A stretch of 64,000 nt of DNA. Origin: Asterias rubens (taxonomy: Eukaryota). Below the pieces are notes generated by a model that saw only the letters and a list, made by a program, of their open reading frames with translations, searched no databases and was not told where the DNA came from. Where the stretch lies: assembly GCF_902459465.1 (NCBI RefSeq), contig NC_047073.1, positions 14,942,001 to 15,006,000 of the forward strand, read 5' to 3'. Within the stretch, counting starts at the first letter, position 1. Every line of letters begins with the position of its first letter. Shown here piece after piece: positions 10,867 through 24,700 of the stretch. The position numbers and the translations under genes were made by a program.

Positions 10867-13800
10867 ATGGCGATGTTTTCGAGCGTTCCAGTTGTGGATG
10901 TTCACAGGGAGAATTTCAAGTCACTGTGGCCGAGTCTCTTGTTGGCGATCAAGTCGTGCAGTTATGTTGCGATTGATGCTGAGCTTAGCGGCTTAGGAAA
11001 TAGGAGAAAGTTATTGACGAAGTAAGTATATAATAACTGGTTCCTTGGTTACCTCAGCTATTGATTCAATCAAGCAAGGAAGGAGGGAGTTAACTTTTAT
11101 TTAAAGAACTTTTTTTAATAAATGACCTATTTTTGAAACCAGGTCCAGTCAATTGGATTGAGTGTGAATCACCCTGGTCATGCTGGTGTGGATTGACATT
11201 AACTTAAATAGTAAGACTAGAGGAACTTGGATAATTGCTGCCACATGCTCGCCAAACTGCCTCGCCAAACTGCCTCGCTAGTCCTTCGTAGTCCATTTGT
11301 AAGAGTTAACCAACCAACCGCTGCAAATTATTTGTTGCAATAACATTCGTATCGCGGATAACTTTCCATATGGCGCCGTCACTTTTTCACTCACTTTTAC
11401 AAAAAGGGATATCTCATTAAGGTAAATTAGATACTTTACTATTTAATATCGAATGAAAAATTGGTGGCGCCATACGGAAACTTTTCCCGTATTGCATTCG
11501 CAGGAAGTATGAAGTTTCAGGGGGGTAGCAAAGTGACACTTGTCTTTAGGATTAGTGTTACTCTAATAACTACACAGGCTTCTGCTCACTTCATAAAATT
11601 AGCCCACAATTAGTCCTGAGCATCTTTTAAGCTTTGCAACAAATATTAAAACGTCAACGTTTAAAAATAAATGCATGCTTAAGTAAAATACATATAGGCT
11701 GTCTCGAACAATAATAATTTGTGTTTTTATTGAAATAGCGACAGTCGTATACCCTCCTCCCAACGGAAGGAAGGAGGGTAACGATTATCTAGAAATCGAT
11801 CAGGAAATTCTAACTTTGTATTGATTATACATTAATCTTATTGTATTTTTTTTTCAATCCAGGTCAATGGAAGATCGCTACCAGTCTTTAGCTGAAGTAG
11901 CGAAGTCAAGATCCGTCTTGTCCCTAGGCATCTCCTGCTTTAAAGCAAGGTCAAAGACACCAGGAGACCAGACTATAACCCCTGAGAAACAGAACGCTGC
12001 GTTGGGTTTCCTCATACAGACTTTCAACATAACAACTCTTTGTTCTGAAGATTACATCGTCGAGCCTGGATCGTTGAAGTTTCTCGTTGATCACGGGTTT
12101 GATTTCAACAAGCAGTACGCCTCTGGAGTGTCGTATTACAGAGGTGTTGATAATTCTGAAAAGGTATTTGATACAGAATGAAAATGATACCAGGGAAAAT
12201 CATTTGGGGATTTAGGCCTACTGCTTCACCCACGCAGCAACAAATTTTTAAGTTTGGGGTAGGATCTTTCTCAGTCGTGTCAAGCCACAAGGTTTCTCCG
12301 GATCCTTAAAGGCACTTGATGGACACCTTTGGTAATTGTCAAAGACCAGGGCCCAATTTCATAGCTCTGCTTCCAGCCAAACGATCACGATTCCCCGCTT
12401 ACGTGCAAGCGCCAAACTTCTGCGCTAGCCTTGTAAGCGTAGAATGCCTAGTAATGTGGAGTACGCACGCGCTAAAGCCCTAATTGTCGCTTACCCATGA
12501 AATATGCTTGCCGTAACCACAGAATTCCCTGATTTCCGTAAGCGCCGATTCTGTGCTTACGGTAAGCAGAGCCATGAAATTGGGCGCTGTATTCTAACTT
12601 GTTACATCCCAACATATGCATTAAATAACAAACCTGTGAAAATTTGCACTCAATGGGAGACTTTCTGGGACGATAGAGGGCAGCAGACTTACCGGGTAAA
12701 TCCATTGTTCTCAGAATTATGCGCATGTTCAGAACTACGTAAACAATGGAAATTTACCCGGTATGTCTGCTGCCGCCTAGCATTGGAAAGTCTCCTATTG
12801 GTCATTGAAGTTGCAAGAGATATGTTCCCTTAATGCACAAATTTTTGTGCTTTCAGGTTTCAGGCCTGAAATCTTTCAATATTTGAGTCGGATTTTAAAT
12901 CTTTCTCAAAACTACGTTACTTCAGAGTAGTTATTATTATTAATTCCCTTTATCTCTTTTTTCGTGACCCTTCTGTCGTTCTACCCAGGATGAGAAAGAT
13001 TCGGACTCCCAGACGCTGAGATTGCTCTTTGCCTCGCTCATACAGAGTGCCAAGCCGGTAATCTTTCACAATGGCCTCGTCGATCTGGTTTTCCTCTACC
13101 AGAACCTCTACTCCAATTTGCCTCCTTCATCAGCCCAATTCATCGCTGACCTCTGCGAGATTTTTCCCGGGGGGCTCTTCGACACCAAATATCTGGCCGA
13201 GTTTGTGGCGAGAATGCAGGCGTCGTACTTGGAGTACGTCTTCAGGAAAAGGTGAGACTGTGGTTGGAGGGGCAGGGTACTGCCAAAGATGAACTCCATC
13301 TGTTTCTCATCCTTATCATTCTGCATTACTTTTCGATCAAGGTATACAGGTTATGATAAAACACTCTCTGGTTTCAATTTAACTTCTCTCCAAGAAAGAA
13401 GACAAAATCTTTTGCACAGTTTTGGGAAGAAAATGCTCGACTCCAACCCGTTCTGTTATCTGCTCCCCCAATTAAGAACACTACAAGAGTTCTCAGGTTC
13501 AATGCACAAGCTTCCTTAAAGACACTGGACACTTTACTAGTTCGTCAGCTTTTTTCACTATAGTCCATTTGCTAACAATTAGTTTGAGTAACTACCAATA
13601 GTGTCCACTGCCTTTAATCTGTCCCTTTTGCAATACAGACCGATACATACATCTTCCCTTCAATAAAATAATCACATTTGATGGTCCATTTTTTGCCAAA
13701 CCATCCACAGTTGTTCCCTCTGTAGAAAAGTTGTCTTAAATACCTTTAAATTTCCAATAATAGCCAAAGAGACAACGTCCGTCTGGCAAGTTGCGGCAAA

Positions 13801-15419
13801 CAACACGTTTCGCTGGAGTTCTGTCACTACGATGCTGATTCACCTCATATCGGTTACCACCAGTGCAGTCTACCAGCTTCTTTTATTGATGGTGGAAGCC
13901 AGAAGACGGAGAAACTGGAACTCTGCGAAACATACGCTGTAAGTATCTTGTTTTGTCTGGGTTGATACCAACACCCCTTTCCGGGGTTACGCGGGAAAAG
14001 GGTTTGGGCACTTTTTGTATGACACAAAACCCAAATGTCCACAGATCACTGACTTCCTCCTTCAAGCTGATTTCCTCTTTTGGGGTTTTGATTTTTCTCT
14101 TTTTTTCTTGCCCGGTTTCCTCTTTTCCTCTTTTGTCATGGATAGTTACTCACATGCATGACAGATTTACATTAAACTAACCTGGTTTAAAGATAGTGAG
14201 GGTAGAAAACTTCCCTTAAAAGTACTACTTCGGTACTTGATGAGGTGCTGTAGTTCTTGAGAAAAGAGTAAAACAATTTCACAAAAAGAATTTTTGTCTC
14301 AGTGAGATGAAAATTGTTTTAGCATGAACAGCAGAATTAACACGACTCTCCTGAAAACATTGATTTGTGAATTTCACCTTTTTTTTTCTCAAAAAAATTG
14401 ACGAAATGAAACTGAAACTTGTACAGGTAAATTATATTACAAAATTCACAGTGAGAAGGGATTCATGTTATGGCCAAAAACGTGATCTACAAAGGGTATC
14501 AACAAAACCCTTTAAGGTCAGGTGTATGCATATAATTACCAGCCATGGATTACTCCCCAGCTCTCACTGGTACCCATTTGTACTCCTGGGTGAAGAGGAC
14601 ACAAGTTTTGAGACTGACCCTCGCGGTTGCGAACTCACACCGCTCTAAAACGCTCGGTCATGACGCCCAACTAGCCATGGACACAGTTGCTTTCAAATTA
14701 TTACTTATTGTTGTTTCTTCGTTTCTCAGGCACATGGTCACTGCAAGAACGGTATCAGGTGTTCCAAGTCACATGACCCAGACGCCATCCAAGATGCCGA
14801 CGATTGTCGAGATGAAAGACGCCAGCGGAAACGGGACCGAAAGAAACAAAAACGCCAGATGAAGGCCAAGGCGGAGGAAAGCCAACTAGCAGAGGGAACG
14901 GAAGAGGAAGGAGAGTCTGGAGCGAAGACGGATGAAATTCCCAAGGACGATGAAGGCTTCAAGACAGACGGAATGGATGTCGACGTCCAAGAGGATGCCA
15001 TCCTCGAAGAGGTCTCACACGGAGAAGCTCCCCAAGACTCGCAGAAGCTTTCCGACTCTGATCTTGTTGGAGACGGCCCAAATGGACACAACATCACCAC
15101 AACATCATCATCAAGAACTTCTCCCTTGAAACTCAATAAGCAGACCGGTGGCCACAGAGCCGGATATGATGCATTTATGACGGGGTTCACCATGGCAACA
15201 CTCGCCTTGGAGATCAGCCAACGGGGCTCCGGTATATCTAAGACACTTTCGCCGGAGAAAGAAACTCATTTTGTGGAGGCTTTTGGCCTCAGGGACTTCA
15301 AGAATAAACTCTTCTTGAGCGCCAAGCCGGTACCGTTAGTTATTGCCAAGAGCAGCTTCTCAAAGACTTCCCAAAATCATAGGGATAAAATGAGGCGACT
15401 CGGAATGAACCAACCTTAG
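10867..15419 (+). CDS. TOE1: Target of EGR1 protein 1 (CAF1/DEDD-family snRNA 3' exonuclease with C3H1 zinc finger), 5 exons, ~527 aa
   Basis: Exons 10867-11021, 11863-12163, 12989-13251, 13764-13938, 14730-15419; all GT-AG with consistent phases (1584 nt). Motifs: VPVVDV...WPSLLLAIK...[33 protein letters not shown], the C-x8-C-x5-C-x3-H finger, a basic NLS and [11 protein letters not shown]. Confidence 0.96.
12310..12930. mobile_element. Nested MITE cluster: TTAA-family MITE interrupted by a CWG-TSD MITE (12350-12586) and an AT-flanked MITE (12655-12796)
   Basis: The host sequence (AAAGACCAG|TCTTCTCAC...; CTCAAT|TGGTC) resumes after each insert, by comparison with intact copies at 35771 and 50797. 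Confidence 0.8.
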
Positions 15420-15592
15420 TGGCATCGATAGTTCCTTCTTAACATCACTAGTGTAAAGGCTGCCTTTTTTTGTTGTTAATGCACAACAAAGCGTTATGAA
15501 CAGATAACTTTTTTCCAACCAAACTTCTTTTTTTGTTACCTTCTTCAAAACACTAGTAACGTATTAAAAGAGTATGAATGACGGCCGTTTAA

Positions 15593-15893
15593 AGGCACTG
15601 GACACTATTGGTAATCAGAGTTAGCATAGAACCAACTTGTTAGTGGTCAATGGAGAGATGTTTTAAGTTGAATTTGGTTTTGAGACCTCAGAATTTGATT
15701 TTTAGGTCTCAAAATCAAGCATCTGAAAGCACACAACTTCGTGTGACAAGGGTGCTTTTTCTTCCATTATTATCTCGCAACTTCGACGACCAATTGAGTA
15801 AAAAATTTCACAGGTTTGTTATTTTGTGCATATGTTGGGATACACCAAGTGAGAAGACTGGTCTTTGACAATTATCAAAGGTGTCCAGTGTCC
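15593..15893. mobile_element. TTAA-flanked MITE family A (Kolobok/T2-like)
   Basis: TTAA|AGGCACTGGACACTATTGG...GGTGTCCAGTGTCC|TTAA. Confidence 0.8.
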
Positions 15894-16397
15894 TTAACCT
15901 TTTGAGACCATAGCGGCTGCGAGCGGCTTGTACCAAAAATGCCTAGAGTGTCCTCAAACATTTTATGCTCAACCAATAAGGTCAAAAGAAAAGGTTTGGG
16001 ACTGAGTTGGCATTTTCCAATGTTTCCCATGTAAATATTATCTACAACTCAAAAACAAAACCATGCATTTCTATTTTGTATTAATTTTTTTGGCGACATT
16101 TACCTGAAAATAGCAGTGACAAAATTTGAAAAGATTAGCAACATGTGTGCATCAAATGATAGTTATAAATGTATAGAAAAGCACTCCGCACTAAATGACA
16201 TCACTTTTGCTAATAAAAGCCCGGCTGTTTGAACAGTAATTACCAAGGTAACAAAAACGGCTATTCATCTATTTATAACCAGCGATGTGACCATGCCATG
16301 GTAGGCTTGTTCGAAAATAGTCGACTAGCATAGTCCAACAATCGTCGACTGACAATTGTCAGCCCAACTTACAGCAAGTTCGAGTGGGCACCATGGT

Positions 16398-16757
16398 TTA
16401 AGGGACATTACAGAATTGGTTTTGCTAACAAAACAGTTGCTGGCAGTGTAAGCACTTTATCCACCATATATATAAACTGACAAGTTTGAAATCGATCGGC
16501 CATTTGGGTCATGATAAAATAGTGAAAAACCGATTACACATTTTGCATGACATTGATGCAAACAAGAGTGAACAAAACGCTCACTGAGCGATAAACTCCA
16601 AAGGCAAAGTTAAATTATTTATTTCTCAAGTATGACATTTCAGACAGAAAGATTTTAAGGGATGTTTTCTACGATCATCATTAGACCGTGTAAGTTTGAT
16701 GTAAATCTGTGATCTTTCCGATTTTGTTTTCTTACCAATTCTTTAACGTTCCTTTAA
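16398..16757. mobile_element. TTAA-flanked MITE (distinct family)
   Basis: Termini TTAAGGGACATTACAGAATTGG...CCAATTCTTTAACGTTCCTTTAA are imperfect inverted repeats. Confidence 0.6.
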
Positions 16758-18733
16758 CTAAAGGTCGACTACATGGTCAGACCCAAGCTGGTTTACCATT
16801 GGTTGACTACTATGGTTGCAGTGTCGTTATAAGGGGGGGGGGGGGACATGCTGAGAACTAGAAAGTCATTTGTGCATTAGTATGGGTTTGATAAATTCCT
16901 TTTGCATATTTTGGAGCTCCTGGTAAATGGGGTTCATTGGTCAAAAGTGGTTTTCAAAGTAGTTGTTTGCTAAAAAGGAACGTTCATTTTCCAAGTCAAA
17001 CATACATTTGTTAATTTTGATCTACTTTTCAAAACTTGTATGCATTTTTGAATGTTTATTGACTTTTACTCATTACATTGAATATACTTCTGAGCAGATA
17101 ATTTTATGTTAATAACAAGGGCACACATAAAGCAATAATCCTTTCAATCGATAGCTTTAATATTAAACTTAACTGTTTTTTTATTATTCTTGAAATGTAT
17201 GTCAAACAAAAATGTGTCCAACAAAATAAAGAGTATGGAATGAAAATGCATGTACAAAAAGGCTGTATGATGTATCCTGAATTTAACTTGGCGATGGGAA
17301 AATGCGAGAAGAAAAGTGTTACCTTTAGCACAAGGGCCTAATTTCATGGCTGTGCTTACTGCCGAAAACTAAGCTTGCAATCACTGTTCTTCACTAGCCG
17401 TGTAAGCGAAGAATATTGAGTAATGTGGAGTACACACGCGCATCAGCAAAAAAATCCACCCTAACCTGTAAAAACATGCGCAAGTGCAGAGTTTCCTACA
17501 TCCATTAAGGACAAACTAGACTGTTATTTTTTTCAGGGAACTTTCTGCAGAAGTGGGAAAGTTTGGTAGCTCTGCGTTATTTATTGATAATGTACCAAGG
17601 GAATCGTTGATTAATGATGTCATTTTGGCGAGTTTAAAAACCTGCGCATTGAGCTTTACGTGATTGAAGAGCGTTCCAGTAAGAATGGGAAACCCTGTAT
17701 ACACGGACATATATAATATGCAAGTAAAATGGAGAGTCTATACTAGCAACAACCCTTGATACAGTTTCTAAGTTTTCCGTCGCCATTTAAGACTTTTGCT
17801 TTGGCAAAAGGGAAACAAAAACACAACATTTCTTCAAGAATAGCACAGAAAAAGTTACATTACACTCAGCCTAAATCCAAAAGCATAATTAATTCCTATA
17901 CATTTGGCAAATAATATATAACAGTTTGTGATCTGTAAATCATTTATTTAGGAAATATATTTTGAGATGATTTTTTTTTTTGATCTGGGGATTTATAAAC
18001 TTTATTTTGTTCTTTTTCAGAAAGATAATGATTTACAAAGAACATGACAACACTGCTCATAGCACAAATAACTGTTTAAACTCATTACTTTTTTTTAGCA
18101 CAAACTGCTCACAAGTCGAATTCAACTGCATTAAGGTATCATCTTGTCATGTCTAGTTTCCCCATTGACATTTTCCTGCATCAAAATGTGTATACCTGTG
18201 ACCTTAGCAAAATTTCATACAGCTGCTTTAAGCAGAAAATATTGCTGCACATTTTCCCGCTAAGCACAACTAAGCAGGATACCACTAACATTTTGTACAT
18301 GTAAATGGTATTATAGCTGGCAACCTTATTCTGCTCAGCATAATTTTCAGCATTTCAAGCAATCTGAGAGCCACAGGTAGCAAAATTGATGCACCAAATT
18401 GTCGAAGGAATCTCTTCTTTGGACGAAATAAACCCTTAAAGTTGCAAACTATAAAGAACACAAGAAAAAAGCCTACAAAATACTTACTTATATACAAATC
18501 AGACTACACAGTCAACAGAAATGACCAAGTAGATAACTGCAGTTAAACCTTAAATAATGAAAACAACGCTATGTTGTGGAAGTTGTTCCGAGTTTTTTTG
18601 TTGTTTTTTTTTTTCTAAAGATGTACAAATGGAAGTATCACAAGTGGTTGATTTGAAATCATTTCAGGTCTTTGGTCGTCGGAGAATGTGAGGTTTTTTT
18701 CTCTCTCTTCTCAGAGAGAAACTATGTTGGCAT

Positions 18734-21700
18734 CTATGTTTCCATGACGGCGGGCTCGCTCGTTCCGTTTGACGTCTTCTCAACTTGTTTGACCTTGATT
18801 TCCTGTTTTGTGAAAAGAAACGATTCAAGATTTGTTTAAAGACACTGGACAGGTTTGGTTACTGTCAAAGACCAGAATTCACACTTGGTGTATCCCAAAA
18901 TATGCATATAACAAACTGTGAACAATTTTAGCTCAATTGATCATCGAACTTATGTATTTCGGGCACATTGCAAGAAGAGATGGGGATAACCTGGAGAAGC
19001 AATGTATGGACAGACGTGTTGCTGGTCGCGCCAGCAGAGGAAGGCCAAAGGCGAGGTGGACAGATAACATTCATGCAATTAATGGGGGAGACTTTATGGC
19101 CTGAGGAAGACCGCACTGGACAGGGACGCGTGGAAGGAGTTCATATCTTGGATCACCACGGGAAGGCTGACGCCCTAATGGACTAAAGAAGAAGGTCATC
19201 GAATTTGCAAGAAATGAAAGGAGAGGCCATATTTGCAGTGTATCATGGTAAATAAAAGAGTTGTCGGAATCCTCACACAGACAGAAAACTATTACAGAAA
19301 AGCCATATTGAACAAGTATGTTTTCAAACTAATCTTTCAACACTCCAGCGAGTGAGTCCAGCATGCGAAGTTGACCTATCACCCCATGATTTCCGACTCA
19401 TAGGAACATTTAACATGCAATTTTTAGACGATCGGAGAGATCGATCAAAACGTTCGGCCGAAGTCACCATTCCCTGCTTACCGGTTTCTCTGGTGAATGC
19501 TTAGCATCTCCATTAGGGACTATCTTCTCTGTGGAGCCATTGACACCGTTGACTCCGTTTGGCGTAGAGGCATCCCCACTCCCATCCTCGGATCGGCTTT
19601 TCTTGCCTGCACTCTCCTCGACAGCTTGCTCCTCTGGCTTCCTCTGCTGACATAAAGGTCAGAGGTCATGATGAGTGTATAGGTCAAAAGGGTTTGTCAT
19701 AGGACCGGCAGTCTCATAATTAGGTCAGTTAAAGGGAAGGTATTCGTTTGGTAATCACTCTTAAAATTAAATGGCAATAAAAACATACATGATTAGAAGT
19801 ACATCAGCTTTCGATAGTACACAGCATTTTGAGAATCATTTCACTTAGAAGTAATGAGGTTATGGAAAAATATATCGGTTTTTTTGTCCCCCCATAATTT
19901 GAATCTGAGAAGCGTTAATGGGGGTACTGCCTCAAAGATTGTGTATTATCCTTACCCCATCTGTTATTTTTACTTATTTATTTATTTTTAATTTAATTTA
20001 ATTTAATTTATTTTTTATTCTTAATATATATTTATCATTTTCTATTGGTTTTTAATTTTCTGCTTTTATTATTGCTTTGTGTACTATATTATGTTAAATC
20101 TTTATTAATTTTATTGTGTACCCCAGATGTGGGGCAACAGATCTACGGATCATAGTATGTATTTGCTTTTGTTGTCCCTTGCCCATCTTGGGGTATAATG
20201 TTGTCAATGTATTTTGTTTTGTACTGTTATGGCGAATAAAATAATAATAATAATAATAATAATAAATTCAAAATTACAGATATCTCAAAGACGTGACCAC
20301 CTTTGAAAAATAAATTTACATAGGATTAAAACAACCCAATGGTTCCAAAACCAAAAGGAATACTTTTTCTTTAAGGCAACCTTAAAGGAGAGAGAGATGT
20401 TATCATGGGTTTCGTAGACACATACAAAGTATTTCTGCCACCCCTTTTAACACTAGTACGTGGTGAGAAATCATATGGTCATTGGGGGTGAACTGGGGGT
20501 CAACAAGTCATCAGCTTACCTTTCTGTGTACAAGATGTGAGACATCATCTGGTTTGGCATCAGCAGCCTTTCTTACTGCAATCTGTTAAAAGAGACAAAT
20601 GGAAGAAGACAATAAAGATGAAGGTAGGTCTTTTTGACATTAACTGTTGACATTATACAATTTGGGGTAGGAGCGAAATACCTGGGTTCACAATTTACAC
20701 TTACTGAGAGTCATCGGCTTCACAACCGAAATAAACAAAATGAAACTACAAACCCTGCCGTCTAGTGCAATTTTCCCGCCACATATAAGCCCTGACTACC
20801 CAAGATGTGCTACATTTACTTACAGGTTTGGCTTGAGTTGAGGAACTACAGGGTGCAAAACCAGACGATGATGAAGACGATGATGCTCCGAGGTCCTGAA
20901 CGGAAAAAGACGTTTCTTATAATTAGTTGTTTTACATTTAATAAACGATTTTAAAACAAGGAACATTTTGGCAAGCACTACAAGCTTTTCATAGATTCAA
21001 AGTTTCCATATCTCCTGAAGAAATAACGACATGAACTATGTACGTGTAGTTAAAAAAACAAGCCAGCCGTCAATTTCACTAAACTCGTCCTAACTTAAGA
21101 CTAATCTTAGGATTTAGAATGAGTCCCAACCCTGCACTGTAGCATGCAGACCTTAAGATTAATCCTAAGTTAGGAAGAGTTACTCGTCCTAACTCCAGCT
21201 AAGACGAGTCCCAACTCTTTGTGACGGCTGGGATTTCATCTTTGAGAGGACAATGCCATTTTAATTCTACAAAGGGCACTTCCACTGGAGAGTCTGTGGG
21301 AAACCAAGGGGCACCAAGGGCCTCATTCGGTGCTTAAAAAGGAGCATGGTGTGTACCCCCTCCCTATTGTGTCTTTATTGTGCGCATGAAATCTCAAAAA
21401 TGCTTCAGAGGATTTTATGGGGGGGGGGGTACTTATGTGCAAGAGGAAAACAGTGTGTTGAAGTGTGGGTACATTTGGGGCTACCCTCTTTAGGGCATTG
21501 TACACAAGACAAAGACTAGTAGGGGCAAAAGATGCCATGGTCAGCCGTGACCTCCTTGTTATTCTAGGTCAGTTATAATACACACTACAAACAGGAGATC
21601 TAGCCCACCAACAAAAACAGTATTTTGTTTCAATTTGTCAATCCAAACAACCAGGGAAAATAGGAACTTACAAATTTCGATGAGGCAGACGTCTTTGCTT

Positions 21701-24700
21701 GTCCGGCAGCCGTTTCTGCTGAAGTCTTTTCTGCTTTAGCATCTTCAATCTGTCAACAACAACAACAAACAGTATCTTTAACAAATGTTGAACTTGCATC
21801 GGGGATAAAGAATATTATTCGATTATACCCATACAGCGATGTGTGTAAGCACTGCATATAGGGATGAGAGTCACTGCTGACAAAAAAGTCAGAAACTGGG
21901 ATCCAGATCTTATGAGGTACATTGAAATGATGACATTTAAACCATTTGATAACCCCTAAAGTTATAGATTCCAATGATCTTTAGGGAATAAGCTTGGGCG
22001 ATATCACGATATTATCGAATACCGCGATACTAATTTGGAAACGATTTCGATATCGGATCGATTTGGTTTTAATCGAAATATCGATATATCGCGATATCCA
22101 TTAAGTATCGCAATATCGCGATGTATCATTAGAACACCTCTCTTATGCTATGACTGTCTCTTCTACAACTTTTTTTAAATTATTATTATTTATTATTATT
22201 TATTCGGCAATTCACATAAAAATACAAATATACAAAAATTGTATACGTAAAGAATAAAACTCTTAAAAACACTGGAGTTTGAAGACTGATGAAGTCAAAT
22301 TTAATTAATCGCGATTATATCGAATATCACGATATATTGTCGGCGATATATCGTGAATAAAATGAATCGATATTGCCCAAGCTTATTAGGGAACAGTATC
22401 CTCAGTGCTGGAGAAGTAGACCAAAGAGCACGACTTATTAAAAAATGGAAAGAAAAAAATCATATTTTGTTTTCAGGCAGACTTTAAATCCATGACCCCC
22501 TCCGAGTCCTGTGGAAAAAAATACAAGTACACAGGCCTCTAAATACCCCCACGGCACCCACAGCAACTGTTGCAGTGCCCTGTGCTTAAGATGTCATGGC
22601 CTAGCGGTTAAGAGCATCCGACCCAAGCTCCGGTGTTTCCGAGTGTGGGTTTGAACCCCAGTCGGACACCTGTGTCCTTTAGCAATATAACCAAGATGCT
22701 TCGTCCTTTGGATGAGACGTAAAGCTGTTGCTCCCCTATACTGTGTAACGCACACAAAAGAACCCAGTGCACTTGATGTAAACAGGTTTGGCACGTGTTC
22801 CTGGTTTGATTGGCTGCATATTGCGCCACAGCACCTTGTAAAACATTACACAGTGCTATAAAAGGAGTAGGTCTCATAATTCAAACGTAGTCCCACATAC
22901 CTTGCAGGAAAATACAGAATATTGAAGTGCCTTGAGTGTCACTGAGCGACAAATAAGAAGCTATATAAGAAGCCACTATTAAGCTAGTTGAGGCAATAAA
23001 GTGTGACAAACGGGAAGAAGCAAAAGACCGATCAATACCTTGACTTTGATTTCTGGAATGAGTGCCTCAAGCTCTTTCATTTCATTCTGGTCATGGAGCG
23101 CATCCTCCTCACTGGGCTTCTCTGTAACGACACAAATTTCAAAAAAGGTGGGAACAAATATTGGATGCTGAACAGAGCGAATCCATTACATTTAGCTATT
23201 CATCATGGGTTTTCAAGGCGGTTTTCAAGTCCTTGAGCAAGACACTATAGTTGATTTTCTTTGCCATGGGGTACAAATGGCGAGGGCAGAGGTTAAAAGG
23301 CACCAACAAGTAAGGAAAGCCTTTTTTTTACCTGTTTGATTGTCTGCTTTCTTCTTCAGCGTAGCTATTCTGTTCTTAATCACCACTGTGGATTCCTCAA
23401 AGCTCTACAGGATTAGAAAAAAGAAAGGGCGGAGAAACATTGAGACATCTTTGAGAGGTTGGGATACCTTGTTCCACAAAAACGAGGATTAAGCTAGGAC
23501 ACATGCTACCACGCCGTTTGCAGCAGAAATAATAATGTAAATATTAATATTGAAAATTTCTAGTGAGTCATGTCTGTGAAGGAATGACACTCCTGGGGTC
23601 AATTTCACAACGATAGTCCTAAGTTAGGACTCGTCATGTGAGTTATTACAAACTTAAAGCTAGTCCTAAGTTAGCACGAGTAACTCGTCCAAAACATCCA
23701 AAGCATTCAAGATCGACTGACTTGATCAATTCCCTTTCTCTTTAAGAAGAAAAAGATGTTTATCTTTCTCCCTGGAGAGTGTCTGGGGCTAACATCTTTA
23801 AAGGAAAGGAAGGACACATTGATTTTTTTACTATCAGGTTCGATAGAACGCTAATGAAATTTGGTAAAGAATGTCAATATATTGTTTTGTTTACGCCCAA
23901 ATCTTAGCTGTTTAATTACATACCTCAATGGCCTTGTCAAACTTCTGGTCGAACGAGTACGCCAACGCCAAGTTATAGTATCTGGTTGTCAGGAGGTTAA
24001 GGAGTCCTACAAATTATATCAAGACGTATTACTTTCGACCAAAAAAGTTGCGGATATGCAACTACCAAATTACATAAAAGAGAAAGCTGCCTCAAACGAC
24101 AAACTTTGGGAAATTATCTCATGTATTTTGCAGCGAAGCTCAACAGAAATGCGCAAAGCGTGAAAGCTCACGAGCGCTAACGCTTCCAAGTGCGAAGCCA
24201 GCTTGCTTACATACATTTATCGTTGGTCTTAAAGCCCTACTCTGCAATCTGGGGTGTTTCATATGGTTTTTTTCTTCATTTTCTTATGAATTAGATCTAG
24301 GTTATTAAATATATAAAAACAATTTTGTTCAATTAATTGAGGTTGGGTTTTGGAAAAAAAAAAGGTTTTGGGTTAAAATTTTCATATCCCTGGTTAAACA
24401 CTAAATATAAGCACAAAGCAATTGCTTTAATACCAAAAGATTGTTACCAGCCAAACTACCATCTGGGACTATTTCCCTACCAGGTTTTGCTTCGCAGAAA
24501 ACTGTTCAAAGAAAATTTTCCGCTCATTTGGTCTTGATGGGTAGATATAGTCTGTAGACAAGCTAATGAGACGTTAATAGTGACGAGAAAGGATACGTTT
24601 CAGCCAGTAATCTGCTGTCCGCTTCGAGTTGCTCTTTTTGTCTGGTCAAGCACTGGGTGAAGTCCTCGATGCTCTGACCGTACTGACCGGTCTCAAGACC

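Noticed and set aside
24455-24490. Plus-strand NYHLGL resembling the NASP HYQLGL motif
   Set aside because: Wrong strand and inside a repeat; the real exon is 23981-23924.
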